Source: a virus (lineage: Duplodnaviria; Caudoviricetes). Taken from it: a DNA stretch of 64,000 nucleotides. The notes beneath the pieces are model-generated. The model was not told the origin of the DNA, made no database searches, and was given only the letters and a program-made list of their open reading frames with translations. The DNA lies in IMG/VR virus record IMGVR_UViG_3300034126_000020, positions 212,811 to 276,810 of that record. The stretch is one strand, 5' to 3'. Of the stretch, positions 53,733-64,000 are shown one piece after another (position 1 is the first letter of the stretch; the number at the start of each line of letters is the position of its first letter). Made by a program: the position numbers and the translations under genes.

Positions 53733-56700
53733 TTACACCTTCGGTGCTGGGTTGTCAGGCAGGTTGTCCAGGATAGAACCCGTAGTAGGGAGCTTCAGCG
53801 CTTTGATAGCCGCATCAGCCTTACGTTGGTTCTTGTCCTTCTCCTTCTGATCCTCATCCGGTTCCTCTTCCTCTTCAACAACAGGAGGCTCAGGATCGGT
53901 TACAGGTTCAGCAGGATCTACTTCAGCAGCAGGTTCCGCTGGATCAGTTGGTTCTTCCTCAACCACAGGGGGTACATCATCCACTGGGGCATCAGGGTCT
54001 ACCGGATCTGCATCCGGATCAACTGGGTCGACTGGATCAGTTGCTTCGAGTGGGTCCACGTCAGGATCAACGGGGTCCACAGGTTCAGCATCTGGATCAA
54101 TCGGATCAGCGTCTTCTACCACTGGAGCTTCTGGATCGACCGGCTCTACTGGGTCCGCATCAAGATCGATAGGGTCAGTAGGCTCTTCTTCCAGCGCTGC
54201 ATCAGGCGCCTCTGGATCTACCGGATCGACAGGGTCGGTCGGTTCTTCCACAGGCTCTACCGGAGCAGCAGGTTCATCAGGCGCCAGTTCTGGGTTCTCT
54301 GCATCCACCTCAGCGGCAGCTACATCGGCACCAGCCAGGTCACCTACTTCCAGACCGTTGTTACCCAGGGTGGTGTCAGGTACAGGCTCGACATCACCGG
54401 CTTGAGGCAGAAGATCAGCATCGGTCTCTTCACCTTCAACGGGTTCTACAGGTGCGTCTACCGCAGGCTCATCGCCCAGTGGAGCATCGGCATCAGGTAG
54501 CGGTGCGTCTGCATCTGGGACAGGAGCATCTGGGTCTACGTCAAGCGATGGATCAGCCGGAGCATCCAAGTCTGGTGCATCCAAGGACGCCTCAGGCGCT
54601 TCAGGATCTACCGGGTCTGTCGGCTCAGCCGCCAAGTCAGGATCTGCTGGCTCAGCATCCGGATCGGCCAATGCATCAAGGTCTGCATCTGGAGCTGCTT
54701 CAGCGTCTACCGGTGCATCCAATGCTGCTGGGTCGGCATCAGCCGCTTGAATAGCGGAGTCATCACCGAGTTCAGCCGCAGGATCAGCGTTTGGATCTGC
54801 CAAGGCATCTGCATCAGCCGGGTCTGCATTAGGATCGGCATCAAGGTCAGCCATTGGATCTGCGTTTGGATCGGCTGCTGGATCAGCATCTGGGTCTGCA
54901 TTCGGATCAGCGTCCATATCGAACTCATCACCGCCCAAAGATGGATCAGCGTTCGGGTCGGCGTTAGGATCTGCATCCAACGAAGGATCATCCCCCAGAC
55001 CACCGTCCATGCCATCACCGCCATCAGCAGGCGCGGTTGCAGCATTCTTCGCTTCTTCCAGATCAGACTTCTCAGTCGTCAACTTGCCCAATACCTTCGC
55101 ACGACGTTTGGCAGCTTTCACTACTTTCTTGACGTACTCAGAGATCGAGTTGTTCAAGCCGTCGAGATGCTCTGCACTGGCCTCAAGCAGATCGAAGACT
55201 GGAGAGCCCTCTTCTTCCGAGACAGTGTTGAACACATCGAGTTCTGGCATGACGTTGTTGTGACGCAGCCAGCGACGTTGGAACTCGGCCTTGACCACAG
55301 CCTTGACATTTGGAATCAGCTCTTCCATGCCGATGGACGAATCCGCAGCAAACATCTCTTCGTTCATGTAGGCGTCGATGACCTTGTCCAGTGCTTCGGA
55401 GTAGGAGTCGAACGATTCCATGGACTTCTTGATGTCGCCCACTTCCGGTGCTGGCAAACCAACACTGAGCGCTTCGATGAACTCGTACAGGAACGCATCG
55501 ACTTGAAGCATCTCGTCCTGAAGGTTCGGGTCGCTCTTGATGTGGTCCGGCAGGTACTGCTTGTTGTCGCTGATGAGCTGACGCATCTCGGTCAGGAAGA
55601 TACCCGAGTTCAACACGTAACGGCGCACGAAGTCCGTCAGGAATGGCTCGAACTTCTCCTGGCTCTGAATCACACGCTTGAGGAGCATCAGGTTGTTCTG
55701 CACGACCGTGGTCGCAAAGTCCGACTGGTTGATACCCTCCATGACCTCCGGCGAGAGACCGAACATCTGGATGTGACGACGACGCATGGTTTCTTCGAAC
55801 TCAGCATCGACTGGCTTGTTCTGCCCTTCGCGCTGGTTGACGTTGAACTTGGTTTCAGGGTACCGGGTGTTACCGGAGACCACCACGTTCACGCCATGGT
55901 TCTGGATCTGATCTGCCAAGCCCAGTGGGTGAGTCGAACCAATGATCTTGCTGAAGCCTTGACTGTTGACCTTCGCGTGTTCGGAGAGCATGAACTCCAC
56001 CGTCGACACTGGATCTTCATCTTCAGGGTCCAACTCGATCTCAACGGTCTTGCCACCGACTGCGTTGTTGAGGGTAGCCAGGGTGTTAGCCAGCATGATA
56101 GAGGCACGGATCGACCCAAGGATCTTACCGTCTTCCAGCACAGACTTACCGACGCCGAACTCGTTGTAATCGAAGGCGATGTACGTCATCATCTCCGGCG
56201 GAACGAACAGCATGACAGTCTTCTGGCCTTTCATGTGGCGAGAGAACATGATGCGGTTGATGTTCTCAGTCTTGCCCAACTCGTAGTTGCCCGAGAGCGC
56301 ACCGCTACGCAGACGTGCCAACAGATCACGTTCTACAGTGTCGGAGTAGACTTTACCCAGCTCGTCAACGATCTCATTCTGAAGACCGCCCGAACCCTCG
56401 AACCCACGACGCGCTTGCTGAATGATCTGCGAAGCGTAGCTGTCGACGTTGTTCATTTGCGAACGGATGTCATCGTAGTACGACGATTGATCCGCTACGT
56501 TGATCGGGTTGCCGTCGATGTCGAGCATCACGTAGTAGCCCACGTGCTCCGACGGGTTGCCTGGTACGTGAATCGGGATCACCGACTCCGAAGGCAAGTG
56601 CATGACCAGCGGGTGACCGTAGGTCTCAGTGCCGGTCTGCTCATGAGTCAACAGTGGCTGAACTGGGACGTGAGCATAACGACGCTTCTGGTACATGCTG

Positions 56701-57698
56701 CGTTCAACAGCCGCCAAGTTGCGCTGAGCATCCTTGTCACCCTGCTGAGCACGGCTTTCAAGCGAAGCACGCTGATGCAGCTTGCCGCCGTAGATACGAC
56801 GCACAGCGATCTTGCGCTTGGCATCGACAACCATGGGACGCTTGAGGATGGTCAGGTTGTCAGAGACAGTAATGGTCGAACCTTTACTCTCTACCTGCTT
56901 GATCGCCTTGGCACTGGCTTCAGTCAGCTTCTGACGGGCTTCCTTGTTCTCCTCAACGTCAACCAACAACTGCTCAAGGCTGACCTTCATCCCGCTGAAC
57001 TGGATGTCGTGGTTGTACGCACCGGAACGAGAGTCAGCACCGAACGTCAGGCTCTCGAAGGACACGCCAGTGTAGCTGTCGACCTTGTCTTTGGCTGCGC
57101 TGGAGTTACCCAAAATGCCCCAAGGGACATAATTGCCGTTCTGGTCCGTCTCTTCCCGCAAGTGACCGTCAAGCGTCTGCATTGCAGACTCCATCGACAC
57201 TCCGCCGTAGTTGTCGGAGTTGATGATACGGTCAATCGAGGATTCCGGCATAATGAGGACAGGGTAGCTACCGGTCTCGAACAATACATCGTTGAGCATC
57301 GGATGCAGCAGCGGTCTAATCCTATAGGAATTATCAAAGAACTCCTGGACCTTCCTGAGAAGCGGCCCTGACAGGTTGCTGTCCATGGAGGTATCTTTGA
57401 TGCTGTACAGAACCTTGGTGTCCGTCAAGTCCCCGGGGGAGATCGTTGCCGAAATCAGGATCTGCCGCGCATAGTCCATGTCCGGCAAGACTTGGAACAG
57501 GTTGCGAGCATCCCGGATGTTACCGATGGTCGTATTGGCAACATGAGCCAGTACACGACCATCGGGCAGCCGCATGTTTTTGCGTTGGTTGCCAGTTCCG
57601 TGGGGGTCGGCTTGGAGTTTGGAGATGGCTGCCTTGACCTCGTTCGGAATAGAACGGTTCGCAGCAAATCTCGTAAACCGCCGTACTTCGTCAGTCAT
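53733..57698 (-). CDS. Portal protein (phiKZ gp129-like) with long acidic Asp/Pro C-terminal tail
   Basis: 1321 aa; ~880-aa helical body, divergent from a gp128-like gene as in phiKZ relatives; identity from family recall and synteny. Confidence 0.7.
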   Translation of the reverse strand: MTDEVRRFTRFAANRSIPNEVKAAISKLQADPHGTGNQRKNMRLPDGRVLAHVANTTIGNIRDARNLFQVLPDMDYARQILISATISPGDLTDTKVLYSIKDTSMDSNLSGPLLRKVQEFFDNSYRIRPLLHPMLNDVLFETGSYPVLIMPESSIDRIINSDNYGGVSMESAMQTLDGHLREETDQNGNYVPWGILGNSSAAKDKVDSYTGVSFESLTFGADSRSGAYNHDIQFSGMKVSLEQLLVDVEENKEARQKLTEASAKAIKQVESKGSTITVSDNLTILKRPMVVDAKRKIAVRRIYGGKLHQRASLESRAQQGDKDAQRNLAAVERSMYQKRRYAHVPVQPLLTHEQTGTETYGHPLVMHLPSESVIPIHVPGNPSEHVGYYVMLDIDGNPINVADQSSYYDDIRSQMNNVDSYASQIIQQARRGFEGSGGLQNEIVDELGKVYSDTVERDLLARLRSGALSGNYELGKTENINRIMFSRHMKGQKTVMLFVPPEMMTYIAFDYNEFGVGKSVLEDGKILGSIRASIMLANTLATLNNAVGGKTVEIELDPEDEDPVSTVEFMLSEHAKVNSQGFSKIIGSTHPLGLADQIQNHGVNVVVSGNTRYPETKFNVNQREGQNKPVDAEFEETMRRRHIQMFGLSPEVMEGINQSDFATTVVQNNLMLLKRVIQSQEKFEPFLTDFVRRYVLNSGIFLTEMRQLISDNKQYLPDHIKSDPNLQDEMLQVDAFLYEFIEALSVGLPAPEVGDIKKSMESFDSYSEALDKVIDAYMNEEMFAADSSIGMEELIPNVKAVVKAEFQRRWLRHNNVMPELDVFNTVSEEEGSPVFDLLEASAEHLDGLNNSISEYVKKVVKAAKRRAKVLGKLTTEKSDLEEAKNAATAPADGGDGMDGGLGDDPSLDADPNADPNADPSLGGDEFDMDADPNADPDADPAADPNADPMADLDADPNADPADADALADPNADPAAELGDDSAIQAADADPAALDAPVDAEAAPDADLDALADPDAEPADPDLAAEPTDPVDPEAPEASLDAPDLDAPADPSLDVDPDAPVPDADAPLPDADAPLGDEPAVDAPVEPVEGEETDADLLPQAGDVEPVPDTTLGNNGLEVGDLAGADVAAAEVDAENPELAPDEPAAPVEPVEEPTDPVDPVDPEAPDAALEEEPTDPIDLDADPVEPVDPEAPVVEDADPIDPDAEPVDPVDPDVDPLEATDPVDPVDPDADPVDPDAPVDDVPPVVEEEPTDPAEPAAEVDPAEPVTDPEPPVVEEEEEPDEDQKEKDKNQRKADAAIKALKLPTTGSILDNLPDNPAPKV
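53850..55020 (-). repeat. Low-complexity D/P/A/E repeat region within the portal ORF
   Basis: DPNADPNADP, DADPAADPNADP, EPTDPVDPVDPEAP, EPVDPVDP units. Confidence 0.9.
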
Positions 57699-57732
57699 GT
57701 TTACCTCTTTATATCCGTCTGGAAATCGAACG

Positions 57733-59922
57733 ATGAGTAATCTTTATCAGATCTATCACGAGTCGGTGACCAAACTGGCCGCCACCCTTGTGGTGAAAGA
57801 TGAGGCTACTTGCCAAGTGATCAATAGTCGGTTGTCGGTCCTCAACAAAGAGGTTCTGGACGACTCGCCTGAAACTTGGAAGTATTACCTTAACCTGAAC
57901 GGCCGGTATCACCCGACCGATACGTTGATGAAAGTCACCTCCATGGATACCCATGAAGAAATTGACTTCACACGTGAAAATATGGACATCCACCGCGCTA
58001 CTTGGCGGGAGTACCAGTACGGGTCTCGTTATTACAACGAACTCATCACCAAATACCCCAAGCAGGACATGTTGATCCATGGGATTTTGAACCCGGTGGA
58101 TATGGCCACGGCAATTGCCGCGCCGGATCATAGTATTCTCTATTTTGACTCTTCGTTGGTTGAAGGTCGTGAGACGAACCTGATTCAGAAGCTGCAAGAG
58201 TGGATCACAGGCACGTTTGTTCGCTGGGCGCAGGACGATTACCGCATCAACAACAGCCTTTTCACGGCTGCACGCTTGGCTATCCTGTTCATGGCGATGC
58301 CGGGTGCTATTAAAAGCATCCGCAGTGAGAACTGCCACACGCCTCAAGTGCACAGTTACCACATTCGTCGTTACTTGGCCTCGTTTGGTCCTCTGGATCA
58401 GTACTACAGCCAGATGAACGAGTTCCAACGCCTGTACTTCTACCGTAACATTCGTTACATCATGCGCAACAACGGCAAAGACGAGATCTTCCGTGAGTTG
58501 ATCGGCAATGTAATGACCGAACGCAACTTCCCGGTCGCTGAATACACCCTTCAGCAGAATGATGCGGACATTGTCACGGCGTTTGACCCAGCAGTGCAGT
58601 ACTTGCGGACCTCGATCAACGGGATTCCGTCGGCATTGGGCCTGGACATGAAGAACACCCGTCAGATGCTGGACCTCCAGCGCACTCTGGCACGTTCTAA
58701 CGTCGGTGAAGAGGAGTACGCCGAGGAATACATCCCTGCTGCGGCTGTTCGTAGCCTCAACGCAGAGGTCGACACCAAGGTTCTTGAGTCCAACGTGCTC
58801 GACATGAAGGAATCGGAGCCGTACACCCTCGCTGACGTGCTGCTCAACCAATGGATCTACTTCGCTGACCTCGGTATCTACAAGACCGTGCTCACGTTGC
58901 AGCTTCCAAACGGTGGAGAGAGCTTTAAGCTGTCCATGAAAGAGGCGTTCATCGTCTACCAGTACCTGTACATGCTGCGGTTGGGTGTGGACATGGTCGA
59001 GATCCCACAGATCAAGGCCAAACGGGTTCGCCGGATGCCACTGCCGAAGTTCGAAGAGCTGCGCGGGATGACCACCAAGGCAAACGTCTCGGACAAGTTC
59101 ATCTACGCAGCCTTAAAGGACAACGTGGACATCACCAACTACGTGTCGGTCGATGCGTTCTTGGCTGTCTGTGAGCAGATCCAGCAGCGCATGCTGTTGC
59201 ACCGTGACCTGTACGTGTTCCGGGAAGATCTGTGGACGTACGCTGAGATGCAGTTGATGTGTAACCGCTTCTACGCTGACGTTCCAGTGGACATGGACCA
59301 TGGTCAGAACTATTCGGCATGGTTGCGCACTCGAGGCCTTAACTTCGAGAGCTACTCGCCGGCTGAACTGGATGACATCATGCTGTCGGTCATCAACCAG
59401 GCCACTGGCTTGAAGTTGCGGACTGCCATGACGTTGCAACAGATCCAGAAAGCCATGCTGGGGATCATGTCGCAACTGTCCTCTTACAGCGTGCAGTACA
59501 TTCAACAGATCAACGAAGACGCCGTGGTCATGTTCGACTGGGGGCACATTCGTTGGCACAACGTCGGTGGTAAATCTTCTCACGACATGCGCCTGCCTGC
59601 TACCTTGGCCTTGCCGATGGACTTCCATGGCGCTGCTAAGCTGCACCAGTTGATTGACGTAAGTGGTGTCACCATTCAAACCATGGACCAGCACTCGGCT
59701 CATGACATGGAAGTGGACATCGGTCTGGAGTTCGAGTTGTCAGGACTGAACCAGTTCCTGCACCACGGCGTAGCGTTGGGCACTCTCTTCGGGGTCGTGA
59801 CTCAACCACAGGTCGATTTGGCCACCCTGACCGGTAAAGTGGTCACACTCCCAGCGTTGCCAGTCAAGCCAATTGCTGATCTTTTCGACAGGACACAAAC
59901 CGATGCCTTCACAAACCCTTAA
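57733..59922 (+). CDS. Virion structural protein, probable baseplate component (phiKZ gp128-like)
   Basis: 729 aa from ATG 57733; WKYYLNL.G.YH..D..M.VTS.DT.EEI.FT-type motif recalled from phiKZ-like structural proteins. Confidence 0.65.
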   Translation: MSNLYQIYHESVTKLAATLVVKDEATCQVINSRLSVLNKEVLDDSPETWKYYLNLNGRYHPTDTLMKVTSMDTHEEIDFTRENMDIHRATWREYQYGSRYYNELITKYPKQDMLIHGILNPVDMATAIAAPDHSILYFDSSLVEGRETNLIQKLQEWITGTFVRWAQDDYRINNSLFTAARLAILFMAMPGAIKSIRSENCHTPQVHSYHIRRYLASFGPLDQYYSQMNEFQRLYFYRNIRYIMRNNGKDEIFRELIGNVMTERNFPVAEYTLQQNDADIVTAFDPAVQYLRTSINGIPSALGLDMKNTRQMLDLQRTLARSNVGEEEYAEEYIPAAAVRSLNAEVDTKVLESNVLDMKESEPYTLADVLLNQWIYFADLGIYKTVLTLQLPNGGESFKLSMKEAFIVYQYLYMLRLGVDMVEIPQIKAKRVRRMPLPKFEELRGMTTKANVSDKFIYAALKDNVDITNYVSVDAFLAVCEQIQQRMLLHRDLYVFREDLWTYAEMQLMCNRFYADVPVDMDHGQNYSAWLRTRGLNFESYSPAELDDIMLSVINQATGLKLRTAMTLQQIQKAMLGIMSQLSSYSVQYIQQINEDAVVMFDWGHIRWHNVGGKSSHDMRLPATLALPMDFHGAAKLHQLIDVSGVTIQTMDQHSAHDMEVDIGLEFELSGLNQFLHHGVALGTLFGVVTQPQVDLATLTGKVVTLPALPVKPIADLFDRTQTDAFTNP

Positions 59923-60883
59923 TGGTACGCAGTTGACGTTGACTGCACTCCAGGTGTCCGATCAGGAGGCCTTTGAACAGCTCCTGAGCACCCTGCTCAA
60001 GAAAGGCGTTAACTCGTCTGGCTTTGAACACGGTGAGGTCACTGTGGATGCTACAGACGCTCAGTATGCCACCACGCCAGTCAAGGTAGTGCGGGATCAA
60101 GCCAACGTCTCGCTCTGGCCGTATCAGGACGAGACACCGATTCGGTATCGCCGTATCCCCATGGGGGCTTTGAAGGCACGGTTCGGTGGCACCATCCGTG
60201 CTGACTTGCCTACCACTACCGCAGAACTGATGCGCATCTACCTGACCTCCAATGGTCTGTTTGATCGTTCAGCTCAAGTGGTGGACCAACCAGTCACACT
60301 GGTGGGTAATCAGACCATCACGTTCACCCCGGGCCAGTTCCTGTTGTACGGTGGAGCAGCGTTTGCCATCAAGCCGAAGCAGCGTCAGTTGGTCGACGTC
60401 ATTAAAGAGACCACCTTGGTGGGCTTCCGTGAAGTCGGGTACTTCAGCAACGATCCTAAGGAACGGCTGTTGAACCAGATGCAGGCTGACAACGCCCTGC
60501 CGTATCCGCTGGAGCCTGCACTGACCTCATTCAGTGAGCCGATCAAGATTTCGGGCTACCGGTACGACAACACCCAGATCCGTGCCACTGCCACAGGCGA
60601 TGGTTACTACCTAGGTGATGTGGACTTGGTCTACACCCGCTACGACTTTGGCTGGAGCACCAACGGGTCTCAGTTCCTTGTGAACGGTCCGTCGATCCCA
60701 ACCACGGCGTACATGGTGGCACAGGTGGCCTTGCAGACAGGCTTCCCGATCACGGTGCAGGATGTCAACGCACAGTCCTATCCATCGATCCCTTCGGGCA
60801 GTCTGGAGACGCTGACGATCACCTTCAAAGACGACAACCTGCGCTACACGGGCGAGTTGACCATCGACTATAAGGCTAACTGA
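59903..60883 (+). CDS. Probable virion structural protein
   Basis: 326 aa from ATG 59903 (CAGGA RBS), overlapping the upstream gene; YxR motifs shared with neighbours. Confidence 0.6.
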   Translation: MPSQTLNGTQLTLTALQVSDQEAFEQLLSTLLKKGVNSSGFEHGEVTVDATDAQYATTPVKVVRDQANVSLWPYQDETPIRYRRIPMGALKARFGGTIRADLPTTTAELMRIYLTSNGLFDRSAQVVDQPVTLVGNQTITFTPGQFLLYGGAAFAIKPKQRQLVDVIKETTLVGFREVGYFSNDPKERLLNQMQADNALPYPLEPALTSFSEPIKISGYRYDNTQIRATATGDGYYLGDVDLVYTRYDFGWSTNGSQFLVNGPSIPTTAYMVAQVALQTGFPITVQDVNAQSYPSIPSGSLETLTITFKDDNLRYTGELTIDYKAN

Positions 60884-60885
60884 TC

Positions 60886-61329
60886 ATGTCAAACTTCTCC
60901 TTGGACCAGCTCCTCACATTCACCCCGTACCAAGCGCTCCTGATTGCGTTCAACGAGGTTCATGGCACGCAGCTTAACCCTCGGTTCGTTGGTTTGGACC
61001 AGGTCATCAGCAGCAATGGGGCTGACCTTGTGGTTCGCCTCAAAGCCATCCCTCAACGCAGTAACTCTGAAGCCAACCGCTTCACAGGGAGCGGGGACAT
61101 CACGGTCAAACGCTTGAACTTGGCTGACTTGTTCCCTAATCCATTCGTCATGGACTACTTCGGTGAGGTGGTCAGTCACGACGTGGCCAGAACCATCACG
61201 CAACGCACCGGTATCGTCTTCGATGAATCGGACTTTGAATCCGTGGTCCTCACGCCTGAGAACGCCATCTTGAAAGCGGGTCCTAACTCGCTCAGGTGGT
61301 ACGGGCAGATGACCATCCTGAAAGCCTAG
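60886..61329 (+). CDS. Probable virion structural protein
   Basis: 147 aa, starts 2 nt after the previous stop. Confidence 0.6.
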   Translation: MSNFSLDQLLTFTPYQALLIAFNEVHGTQLNPRFVGLDQVISSNGADLVVRLKAIPQRSNSEANRFTGSGDITVKRLNLADLFPNPFVMDYFGEVVSHDVARTITQRTGIVFDESDFESVVLTPENAILKAGPNSLRWYGQMTILKA

Positions 61330-61337
61330 AGGTGACC

Positions 61338-62348
61338 ATGTACGTCCGCCCGCTGCGGTATAACAAACCCGCTAATCAAATGATGCTGGACATCATGAAC
61401 ATGACCAACCAGACGGCCATCGAGCCATGGCAGGTGACGTTCGGTCTCCCGTATCCGGTCTCGGAGCCTGCTCCTCAGATCAACGTGCAACACCTGAACG
61501 ACTACAACAACGTCCGTCCAGCGGCCAACACCCTGACCGGTATCGAAGTCCATCCGACCCCTGCCTCCGGCTGGCGTAAGTCAGCGCAGTTGGTGTACCG
61601 GCGTTCGGTGATTCAGGATCAGTTTATCAGTGTGCCCTTCGTGATCTACTGCGTGGACAACTCGGATGAGGTAATTCTGAAAGCTTTGAGCGAACAGTAT
61701 GGTCTCTACCTTGACAAAGAACTCGTGACACTGGAGTTCGTCGAGGTGAGTCTGAATGAAGTACTGTTCCGTACGCACATGGGTTCCATCCTGGAAACCG
61801 ACGCGTGTTCCGACTTCGTACAACCGATTGCTTACAACCTCATCATCAAGATGAAGCCAGAGCATCCGATCTACGTTGGCGAGATCCACGTCTACATCCG
61901 GGAAGCCGTCCAATTCCTCAACCGCGACATCAAGACGACTCTGCAAGTCCTGAAGTATCTGGGGCCTGAAGAGCATCACAAGATGCCGGCTGAGATGATC
62001 CTCCCGAACAACCGCTTTGTGGACCATGACTACGTCATGAAGAACCTCAAGCCGGGCGATCTGGTGGACAAGTGGATTGTGGACACGGCAAAGGCCATCA
62101 CTGGCGACGACTGGGTATTCACGCAGAACCAGAACCCCTTCAACCTCTACGGTACAAAGGTGGTTTACAACGGTTTGAACACGGGTGAGGTTTACATTAA
62201 CGATCCAAAGGTGTCCAACATCTTGATCGTTCAATTCTCCGATGATCACTGCTCGAACATCCGCGGTCAATGGGTTATCGGGTACTACAACCGTGACTCG
62301 TGGCTGCGTCGTGAAAGGATCGATAATCTCCCGATCCAAGACCAGTAA
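61338..62348 (+). CDS. Probable virion structural protein
   Basis: 336 aa from ATG 61338 (GAGGTG RBS). Confidence 0.6.
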   Translation: MYVRPLRYNKPANQMMLDIMNMTNQTAIEPWQVTFGLPYPVSEPAPQINVQHLNDYNNVRPAANTLTGIEVHPTPASGWRKSAQLVYRRSVIQDQFISVPFVIYCVDNSDEVILKALSEQYGLYLDKELVTLEFVEVSLNEVLFRTHMGSILETDACSDFVQPIAYNLIIKMKPEHPIYVGEIHVYIREAVQFLNRDIKTTLQVLKYLGPEEHHKMPAEMILPNNRFVDHDYVMKNLKPGDLVDKWIVDTAKAITGDDWVFTQNQNPFNLYGTKVVYNGLNTGEVYINDPKVSNILIVQFSDDHCSNIRGQWVIGYYNRDSWLRRERIDNLPIQDQ

Positions 62349-62400
62349 TCCCTGCGCTATCGTATGAACTGTATTTCTTTCTGACCATAAAGGCCGCCCC

Positions 62401-63282
62401 ATGCAAAAGATCGTCCCGACGCAGTTGTCGAACTATCTCCAGGTATCCAACTTCTTGGGCACCGCGTTCGAGAAATTCGACAACACCACGTTGAACCAGA
62501 AGTTCGACATTCAAGCGAGCGCCGTGCTCCAACCGAACATGCGGCCTACGCTTCAGTTCTACACCATCGGTATTGGTGGTCACACCTACACCATGGGACC
62601 GAACGACATCCCACTGTCCGACATCCTGGACCACAGTTCGGGCGACGCAGGTCTGTTCAAACACCTGCCGTTCGTCCTCCGTCCGATCAACGACGACCTG
62701 AGTCCAGGCGAGCGCAGCAAGTACTGCTTGCGTAAAACCATCACGGGTCCTGACAACCTGAACTACTACGCCTACTACGGTAAGCGCCTGAGCATGGACG
62801 GCGTAGTGCCGAAGATGACCAAGCGGACCATGGTGGACGGTCAGCCAGACATCGAAGAATACGTCTACACCGAGAAGAACCTGTCGCCAACTCCGGCGTC
62901 GATTCCGAACAACGAAGCTGTCACCACCAGCAACGAGTACCTGGCCACTTCGGCCATCGTACCAATGCCGTTCACCGAGCAAGACGTCGCAGAGATGTAC
63001 AACGTAGCCGAGATCCTCTTCGGTGATCGCCGCATGGCCATCATCTCCGAGTTCGGCTTCTGCACCGCTGTCATGGCAGACGTCTCCATCAACACCTCGA
63101 GCGGTGCAGTATCGTTCAAGGAAGCCATCGGTGCGCAGATCACTGCGATCATCTCTGGCCACTACGAATTGATCTTCAACAGCAAAGGCTTCGACTTCAA
63201 CCTCGAGGTAGGTGCGGTTCAGCCTCTGTTGGCTACGGGTCAAATTCCAACCATCACAATGTCGCTGCTCGGCGGTGTCTAA
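62401..63282 (+). CDS. Virion structural protein (phiKZ gp139-like)
   Basis: 293 aa; FYTIGIGGH...HLPFVLRP..DDL...YAYYGKR pattern; TATG at 62363. Confidence 0.6.
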   Translation: MQKIVPTQLSNYLQVSNFLGTAFEKFDNTTLNQKFDIQASAVLQPNMRPTLQFYTIGIGGHTYTMGPNDIPLSDILDHSSGDAGLFKHLPFVLRPINDDLSPGERSKYCLRKTITGPDNLNYYAYYGKRLSMDGVVPKMTKRTMVDGQPDIEEYVYTEKNLSPTPASIPNNEAVTTSNEYLATSAIVPMPFTEQDVAEMYNVAEILFGDRRMAIISEFGFCTAVMADVSINTSSGAVSFKEAIGAQITAIISGHYELIFNSKGFDFNLEVGAVQPLLATGQIPTITMSLLGGV

Positions 63283-63304
63283 AGCAGCCGCCTAAGGTGA
63301 GAAA

Positions 63305-63901
63305 ATGAAGTACCAAGACGATTCATACATCTACCGGATCATGGCGATCGATAACGGTTCGTCCATGTTGGGGATGGTGATTGTTCTTCTCGACCTTAGG
63401 CTCGGTCACTATCACGTCGTAGCGAAAGATACGTTCGTGGCAGAAAAGCTCATCTCGCGTCACGAAGGGACCGTAGTGTCTCATGGGGCGAGATGGGCGA
63501 GACAAAACACCCTAAGGGACTGCGTCCGTCGAGAACTGCATTGGCATAACCCTCATGCGGTTGCAGTTGAAACTCCGTTCTTCATGCCTCGGCGTGTCCA
63601 GAGTTTCGAGACCTTGACTGAGATGATGATCTTCATCCGCCAAGCGGTAGAGGAACATTCGGGAAGGGACATCTATAGAGTAACTCCAGGCGAAGCTAAG
63701 CGTGCTGTCCAACCAGCTAAGTCAGGGAAGTTCACCATGAAAAAGGTTGTGATCAAAGATTGCATCCTTGCCATGACCAACATTAGCTACAACGAGGACA
63801 TTGATAAACACACCCTGACGGAACACGAGTACGATGCTATAGCTGTGGCAATCTCCCATGGTGAAGCGATTCGAAAAGCGACCGGGTTCCTCAGGAAGTA
63901 G
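63305..63901 (+). CDS. RuvC-like Holliday junction resolvase
   Basis: IMAIDNGSSMLG, AVETPF, TP.EAK..V, KVV, EHEYDAIAVA: RuvC D/E/D/D layout. Confidence 0.8.
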   Translation: MKYQDDSYIYRIMAIDNGSSMLGMVIVLLDLRLGHYHVVAKDTFVAEKLISRHEGTVVSHGARWARQNTLRDCVRRELHWHNPHAVAVETPFFMPRRVQSFETLTEMMIFIRQAVEEHSGRDIYRVTPGEAKRAVQPAKSGKFTMKKVVIKDCILAMTNISYNEDIDKHTLTEHEYDAIAVAISHGEAIRKATGFLRK

Positions 63902-63918
63902 CCTGTGAGGAATACGTC

Positions 63919-64000
63919 ATGCTCTTGTCTGACGTTATAAAGGTCTTGGGGAACACTCCCTTAAAAGCGTTCCCCTGGGGTTGCGTCGTTAAAGATACGG
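63919..64000 (+). CDS. Partial hypothetical CDS running off the window end
   Basis: GAGGA RBS then MLLSDVIKVLGNTPLKAFPWGCVVKDT. Confidence 0.45.
   Translation, partial: MLLSDVIKVLGNTPLKAFPWGCVVKDT

Noticed and set aside
53850-55020. Repeat array as CRISPR or VNTR outside coding DNA
   Set aside because: Repeats are degenerate, in frame and lack spacers; they encode the portal tail.
1-64000. tRNA, rRNA, tmRNA, CRISPR array, integrase/transposase, chimallin or PhuZ genes
   Set aside because: None recognised by eye. The nucleus-forming lifestyle is inferred from relatedness, not shown by this window.

Overview
A 64 kb segment of a phiKZ-related (Chimalliviridae-like, nucleus-forming-type) jumbo phage genome, assigned by motif recognition and gene neighbourhood only (no database search; phiKZ gp numbers are recalled orthology guesses). 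Core genes: three pieces of the split virion RNA polymerase, a 2128-aa tail-associated lytic transglycosylase/tape-measure-like protein, tail-tip, spike and PAAR proteins, UvsX/RecA, RNase HI, SbcC-like ATPase, two repeat-rich tail fibres, endolysin, a probable spanin pair, portal, baseplate-type proteins and a RuvC-like resolvase. The standout accessory feature is a ~13 kb gene block (32799-46121) between the tail fibres and the endolysin. It encodes six CxxxCxxC radical-SAM-type proteins, a JmjC/cupin hydroxylase, three 2OG-Fe(II) oxygenases, an antisense ATP-grasp ligase, several unknowns, and a 178-aa protein ending in CHTS-CHVS-CHSS-RGRR, my candidate substrate for a phage-encoded RiPP-like maturation system acting on a virion protein (inference). 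Also noted: a T4 gp30.3-like NADAR, a ~400-aa Asp/Pro tail on the portal, a ~600-nt ORF-free structured region (candidate ncRNA), four coupled two-TM mini-proteins, two unannotated micro-ORFs and several recurrent cis-motifs. No tRNA, rRNA, CRISPR array or transposase was recognised.
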